Positions 59,401-64,000 of a DNA stretch of 64,000 nt are shown here, one piece after another; position 1 is the stretch's first letter, and each line of letters begins with the position of its first letter. A program made the position numbers and the translations under genes. The stretch lies in assembly GCA_034716235.1 (NCBI GenBank), contig JAYEHH010000032.1, positions 370 to 64,369 on the forward strand, in the 5' to 3' direction. The notes under the pieces are model-generated. The model saw nothing but the letters and a program-made list of their open reading frames with translations. It was not told where the DNA came from and made no database searches. The stretch comes from Patescibacteria group bacterium (lineage in GTDB: Bacteria > Patescibacteriota > Minisyncoccia > CAIUEV01 > JAHKAQ01).

Positions 59401-61254
59401 GTGTTTAAAAAAAAATTAAAATTTCTAAAACTTGTACCTGGAAGTAAAAAAGAAAGAAGGAGCTTATTCCTCTTGTCGGGATTATTTGTAATTATCCTAG
59501 TTTTTTTTATTTTTGCAGAGCTTTATCATGTTTACCAAAATAGAATTTACCCTCACATTTCTATAGCCGAAACATCCTTGGGATCTTTAGCCAACGAAAC
59601 AGCTAAAAATACTCTTGATAAAAAAGTAAATTTTTTAGAGCAAAAACAAATAATTCTTAGCAATAAAGAAAAGACAATTAAAACCTCTTTAACAGAATTA
59701 GGGATTCAGCTAGATCGAGAACGAATGCTCTCAATAGCCTATGAGGCTGGAAGAAAAGGAAATGTTTTGCAGAATATTTTAACGGTAATCGAAAATAGTA
59801 TTTTAGGCTTTGAGATACCTCTTTATTTTAAAGTTGATGAGAAACAAATTGATACTTTTATCTCCCAAGAATTAGAATCGTCCAGCCGAGCGCCTCAGTC
59901 TTCAGAAGTTATCTATCAAGATGGCTATTTTAAAATTACACCATCCAGAGATGGGCAAGGGATAGATTCTTTTTCCCTAGCTGCTCAAATAATGGAATGT
60001 TTGGACAATCCCAATCAAATCAATATTAACCTTCCTCCTGAAATTATAAAAAAACCTAAAATAGAAGAGCAACAAGCAATTAAAGCCAGAAACAAGGGTA
60101 ATAATATGTTAGCAACGATACCTAATTTTATTGCTGAAGATAAATATTGGACCACTGATAGAGATACTATTGCTAGCTTTATAATGTTTAAAAAAGTTCT
60201 TCGTCCTCATTTTAAACAAACAGGATTTAATCCTTCTGAAGATAATATCACTACTTATATTTATTCCTCACTTTCTGGAATTTATCCTGAAAAAGTCGAT
60301 GAAAGCTACCAGCTAGAAATGACATTTAATGAAAGCGCTATTAGAGATTATCTAAATAGTGTTGCTCCGGGAATTGAACAACCAGCTATTAACGCTGTCT
60401 TGGGATTTGAAAATGAAAAATTAGTAATTCTGGCCGAGAGTCATGATAAAAGAAGTTTAAACATAGAAGAAAGCATTGCCACTATAATAGAAAAAATAAT
60501 AGCTAGGCAAAGCCCTATTGAATTAATTGTTAGCAGAGAAGAAGCTTTAATTTCTCAAGAAACTATTGGGGCCTTAGGAATAGAAACACTGGTCGGCAAA
60601 GGAGAGTCAAATTTTTCAAGATCTCCAAGAAATAGAAGACATAATATTGCTACTGGAGCTAGTAAATTTAATGGTACGGTAATTGCGTCAGGAGAGACTT
60701 TTTCTTTTTTAACAATTTTAGGGCCGGTTACCGCTGCCACCGGGTATCTTCCAGAATTAGTAATCAAGGCTAATAAAACTGTTCCTGAATATGGAGGTGG
60801 TATGTGCCAAGTATCTACTACCGCCTTTCGAGGAGCTGTAAACTCCGGTTTTGAAGTTATTGAAAGGGTGAGTCACGCTTATCCAGTTAGTTATTATTCG
60901 CCTCAGGGTAGTGATGCTACAGTTTATATTCCTAGTCCTGATTTAAAATTTATTAACAATACTCCGGCTCATGTTTTGGTTCAAACAAAAATTGTTGGAA
61001 ATATTCTAACCTTTGAGTTTTATGGAACTCACGACGGGCGACGGGTTGAAACTATCGGTCCTATCACCTACGATAGAAAACCGGATGGAGCCATGAGAGC
61101 TAAATGGACTCAAAAAGTTTATAGAGCTGACGGTTCTCTCTTGTTGGAAAAAATATTTTTAAGTAAATACAATTCACCTAGCAAATATCCTCACCCGGGA
61201 GAAGAAGAAGATGAGGACAAAGATAAAGATAAGAAAAAGAAAAAGAAGCATTAA
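59401..61254 (+). CDS. VanW-family protein with N-terminal membrane anchor (GTG start inferred)
   Basis: VanW domain GGGMCQVSTTAFRGAVNSGFEVIERVSHAYPVSYYSPQGSDATVYIPSPDLKFINNT; acidic/lysine-rich tail. Confidence 0.75.
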   Translation: MFKKKLKFLKLVPGSKKERRSLFLLSGLFVIILVFFIFAELYHVYQNRIYPHISIAETSLGSLANETAKNTLDKKVNFLEQKQIILSNKEKTIKTSLTELGIQLDRERMLSIAYEAGRKGNVLQNILTVIENSILGFEIPLYFKVDEKQIDTFISQELESSSRAPQSSEVIYQDGYFKITPSRDGQGIDSFSLAAQIMECLDNPNQININLPPEIIKKPKIEEQQAIKARNKGNNMLATIPNFIAEDKYWTTDRDTIASFIMFKKVLRPHFKQTGFNPSEDNITTYIYSSLSGIYPEKVDESYQLEMTFNESAIRDYLNSVAPGIEQPAINAVLGFENEKLVILAESHDKRSLNIEESIATIIEKIIARQSPIELIVSREEALISQETIGALGIETLVGKGESNFSRSPRNRRHNIATGASKFNGTVIASGETFSFLTILGPVTAATGYLPELVIKANKTVPEYGGGMCQVSTTAFRGAVNSGFEVIERVSHAYPVSYYSPQGSDATVYIPSPDLKFINNTPAHVLVQTKIVGNILTFEFYGTHDGRRVETIGPITYDRKPDGAMRAKWTQKVYRADGSLLLEKIFLSKYNSPSKYPHPGEEEDEDKDKDKKKKKKH

Positions 61255-61279
61255 ATATAATAAAAATAATAATTAAAAA

Positions 61280-63076
61280 ATGGAAATTCTCAAGAAATAC
61301 GCCAATTACATCGCAGTAGCTATGTTAGTTCTAATGTTTTTTCTTTCTATTGGAAGTATGAAAAACGATTCTGCCATCCGCGATGAAATGCCTCATATCG
61401 TAGCTGGATATTCTTACCTCACTAAAGCCGACTACCGTATTAACCCCGAGCATCCTCCCCTAATAAAACAACTATGTGCCTTGCCATTATTATTCTTAGA
61501 TATAAATTTTCCAGATACTAATCCTGCTTGGAAAGACCATGTTAATGATCAATGGGCGTTAGGAGACATTTTTCTGTATCAATCAGGCAATGATGCTGAC
61601 CAAATGCTTTTTTGGGGAAGAATTCCTATTGTCCTGTTGATGTTACTTGCCGGTTGGATAATTTTCATTTGGACTAATGAGATATTCAAAAACAAATTAG
61701 CGGGGTTAATTGGGGTAACTCTTTTTGCCCTATCTCCTAACATTATTGCCCACGGACGATTTATTACTACCGACATGGGAGTGGCTACTTTTTCAGTTTT
61801 TGCTCTTTATTCTTGGTGGAAATTTCTCAAAAATCCTTCCTGGATTAAATTTAGTATAGCTTTTATACTACAGGCCTGTCTTCACTTGACTAAATTTTCT
61901 AGCCCTCTGTTTCTCCCAGTGATTGGTATAATGGCAATAATGGCTATTTTCGCCTATCAACAAAAATGGAGCTTAAGTAAACGAATAAAAATATACATCG
62001 GAGCAACCGTTATTGCTACCATACTTGCTTATGTTATTGTCGGAGCTTGGTACCAAGCTGCTAGTTATAAAATGCCACTAGCCGTTCAACAACAATTAAT
62101 TGAAGAGTCTACTTTTGACACTGATTTTAAGAATGCTGGATTAGCTACCAAGCTTACCAAGATGACTGAAATTCCGATTTTGAGACCGTATGTACAGTAT
62201 CTTCTCGGATTTATTATGGTGGCTACTCATGCTTCTTACGGTCATTCTACTTATTTCATGGGAGAGGTTGGCCAAAATTGGTCCGAGTATTATTTCATCG
62301 CCTATCTATTGAAAGAACCTTTAGCTTCTCAAATCTTCCTGGGGCTGGCATCTCTTATTTTAATAGGCGTTATCTTTAAATTTTTAAAAGCTAACCCCAA
62401 AAAGAAAGATTTTCAGGAAGCCTTTAAGAAATACAACATTTTCATTGCTTTTGGCGTGTTGATTATTCTCTACCTTATCTTGGGAATGAAAGCTAAGCTT
62501 CAGCTAGGTATTCGTTATATTATTCCTATTTTTTTCTACCTTTATATTATGATTGGTGGATTAATGGCTCATCAAATAGACCAACTCAAAAAAACGAACC
62601 GAGGCCTTTATAAATTTAGTTTAGGAATAATTATAGTCCTAATGGCTTGGCTTGGCTTGGCTAATTTCAAAAACTATCCTCATTATTTAGCCTATTTTAA
62701 CGAAACCATCGGCGGTCCTGAGAATGGTTGGAAATACTTGATAGATTCCAACATAGATTGGGGCCAAGATTTACGCAGACTTAAAAGTTATCTTGACGAA
62801 AATAATATTCAGAATATTAAAATAGATTATTTTGGAGGAGGAAATCTTAATTATTATCTTGGAGAAGGAAATTATGAGCTTTGGGGCTTTGATAGAGGGC
62901 CTACTACCGGTTGGCTAGCTGTTTCTATAAATGCCATCCAATGGAATTCGGCTAACACGGAAGATAAATCAAGCTATCACTGGCTAACAAGTAATCATGA
63001 ACCAGTAGCAAAAATTGGATATTCTATTTTTGTGTATCATTTGCCAGAAAAAGAATCTGAAGAGGAAGCTAAATAG
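61280..63076 (+). CDS. GT39/GT83-like (PMT/ArnT-family) membrane glycosyltransferase
   Basis: Polytopic; conserved DE motif in the first loop (IRDEMPHIVAGYSYL); 598 aa. Confidence 0.65.
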   Translation: MEILKKYANYIAVAMLVLMFFLSIGSMKNDSAIRDEMPHIVAGYSYLTKADYRINPEHPPLIKQLCALPLLFLDINFPDTNPAWKDHVNDQWALGDIFLYQSGNDADQMLFWGRIPIVLLMLLAGWIIFIWTNEIFKNKLAGLIGVTLFALSPNIIAHGRFITTDMGVATFSVFALYSWWKFLKNPSWIKFSIAFILQACLHLTKFSSPLFLPVIGIMAIMAIFAYQQKWSLSKRIKIYIGATVIATILAYVIVGAWYQAASYKMPLAVQQQLIEESTFDTDFKNAGLATKLTKMTEIPILRPYVQYLLGFIMVATHASYGHSTYFMGEVGQNWSEYYFIAYLLKEPLASQIFLGLASLILIGVIFKFLKANPKKKDFQEAFKKYNIFIAFGVLIILYLILGMKAKLQLGIRYIIPIFFYLYIMIGGLMAHQIDQLKKTNRGLYKFSLGIIIVLMAWLGLANFKNYPHYLAYFNETIGGPENGWKYLIDSNIDWGQDLRRLKSYLDENNIQNIKIDYFGGGNLNYYLGEGNYELWGFDRGPTTGWLAVSINAIQWNSANTEDKSSYHWLTSNHEPVAKIGYSIFVYHLPEKESEEEAK

Positions 63077-63083
63077 AAAATAC

Positions 63084-63956
63084 TTAATTTTTATTTGTTT
63101 CTTCTGTTTTCTCTTGTTTTTCTTGATCCTCTTGCTTCTTTTTAAATTCTTTTTTTAGATTCTCGCAATCATCGAAAAATCTATAGTAAACTTTATCGGT
63201 AATCCTAAGATCAACATACTCAATACAAATTCTATCTTCAGGATTAATTTCATTGTTTAAAATTATTTTAAGAGCTTCTGATTGAGCCAAGAGGGAAAAA
63301 TTAGTATTGAACAAAATTAGCCAGCCTTCAGCAGTTTTGCCTTTAATTTCTGAAGCCGATGGTAACGGAATAAATAACTCTTTAATCTCAACCTTATTTT
63401 TTGCACTAATAACTTTTTTAACATCTCGAATAAACTGAAGCTGATCTTGAGTGCTTATTCCCTTGCCTATTTCTATTTGGCTATTAGACTCGTCATGAAT
63501 TATTTCCGCCTCCGCACCGTATTTGGGCAAGTCATACAGAGGAATTCTAGCTAAAGCCATCCCATTTTTATCTAAAGGAGTGCAGCTATTTTGTCCACAA
63601 ACCAAAATTACGGTAGCTTTTTTGCTAATGGTTACTTCCAATTTTCCAAAAAGAATCTTTTTAATTTGCACATTTCCAAAGCTCTTCATTTTTTCCAGAA
63701 TAGCCACCTCCATTCTCCTTTTCTTTAAAAAAAAGAAATGACCTTGAGGAAAAATTCCCCAATGTTTTTCTTCTATAAACTGTTGCAACACCTCCTCAAC
63801 GGCTTGTTTTTCTTCTTGGCAATCTCCTTTAAAAATAATTTCTTCCACCGTTAATAGTGGAGAGAAGAATATAAAATAGACTAAAGCAACACCAGCCAGG
63901 ATCAAAGATAAACGATATCCTAACAAACCCAGTTTAGTTTTACGCCCAGAAACCAA
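63084..63956 (-). CDS. Possible FtsQ/DivIB-like bitopic protein (N-terminal transmembrane segment plus POTRA-like segment); lysine/glutamate-rich tail
   Basis: Transmembrane LGYRLSLILAGVALVYFIFF followed by LTVEEIIFKG; weak assignment. Confidence 0.35.
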   Translation of the reverse strand: MVSGRKTKLGLLGYRLSLILAGVALVYFIFFSPLLTVEEIIFKGDCQEEKQAVEEVLQQFIEEKHWGIFPQGHFFFLKKRRMEVAILEKMKSFGNVQIKKILFGKLEVTISKKATVILVCGQNSCTPLDKNGMALARIPLYDLPKYGAEAEIIHDESNSQIEIGKGISTQDQLQFIRDVKKVISAKNKVEIKELFIPLPSASEIKGKTAEGWLILFNTNFSLLAQSEALKIILNNEINPEDRICIEYVDLRITDKVYYRFFDDCENLKKEFKKKQEDQEKQEKTEETNKN

Positions 63957-64000
63957 TAAATTTTTCGTGCGTAAATCAATTTTTGGTTTTCTGCGACGAC

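Overview
This window is an AT-rich, gene-dense bacterial chromosomal segment whose gene content and compact architecture suggest a small-genome, possibly CPR/Patescibacteria-like organism (inference). No transposase, integrase, CRISPR array or tRNA was found by eye. The minus strand carries housekeeping genes: DUF45 hydrolase, ispH, a polyprenyl synthase, parAB, three membrane-anchored surface proteins, recO, type-2 ileS, nadD, ppa, gltX, a CaCA exchanger, and a complete F1Fo ATP synthase operon (atpI-like/B/E/F/H/A/G/D/C). The ATP synthase operon runs directly into a 23S rRNA gene that has no adjacent 16S/5S. Further along the minus strand are secF, secD, secA and hpf. The plus strand has a short Rel (p)ppGpp enzyme, uvrA, a membrane-anchored ClpC-like ATPase with a dead D1 ring, tsaD, valS, an Hsp20, a VanW protein and a GT39-like glycosyltransferase. 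Three things stand out:

1. Between tsaD and valS (about 46.2-56.35 kb) lies a ~10 kb defense island partitioned by a modular dispersed repeat family. It holds a GmrSD-like DUF262/DUF1524 type IV nuclease, an McrBC system whose McrB has a triple modified-DNA reader N-terminus (DUF3578-like plus two EVE/PUA-like domains), a translationally coupled Cas4-like PD-(D/E)xK nuclease plus HEPN-like gene pair, and an ImmA/IrrE-type HExxH metallopeptidase with an ArdC-N-like domain.

2. The repeat family is built on ATTCCCG-N8-CGGGAAT palindromes (the same architecture as Neisseria dRS3), 9-mer word arrays (gttcataaa) and shuffled modules. It occurs at 10 or more intergenic sites, including inside the ATP synthase operon.

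3. The 23S rRNA carries two large insertions: a ~357 nt element at the E. coli ~1917 site (a known group I intron site), and a ~300 nt helix-63 expansion closed by a 15-bp inverted repeat. The helix-63 insertion encodes, in rRNA sense, a 39-aa hydrophobic peptide behind a perfect GGAGGAGGA Shine-Dalgarno.
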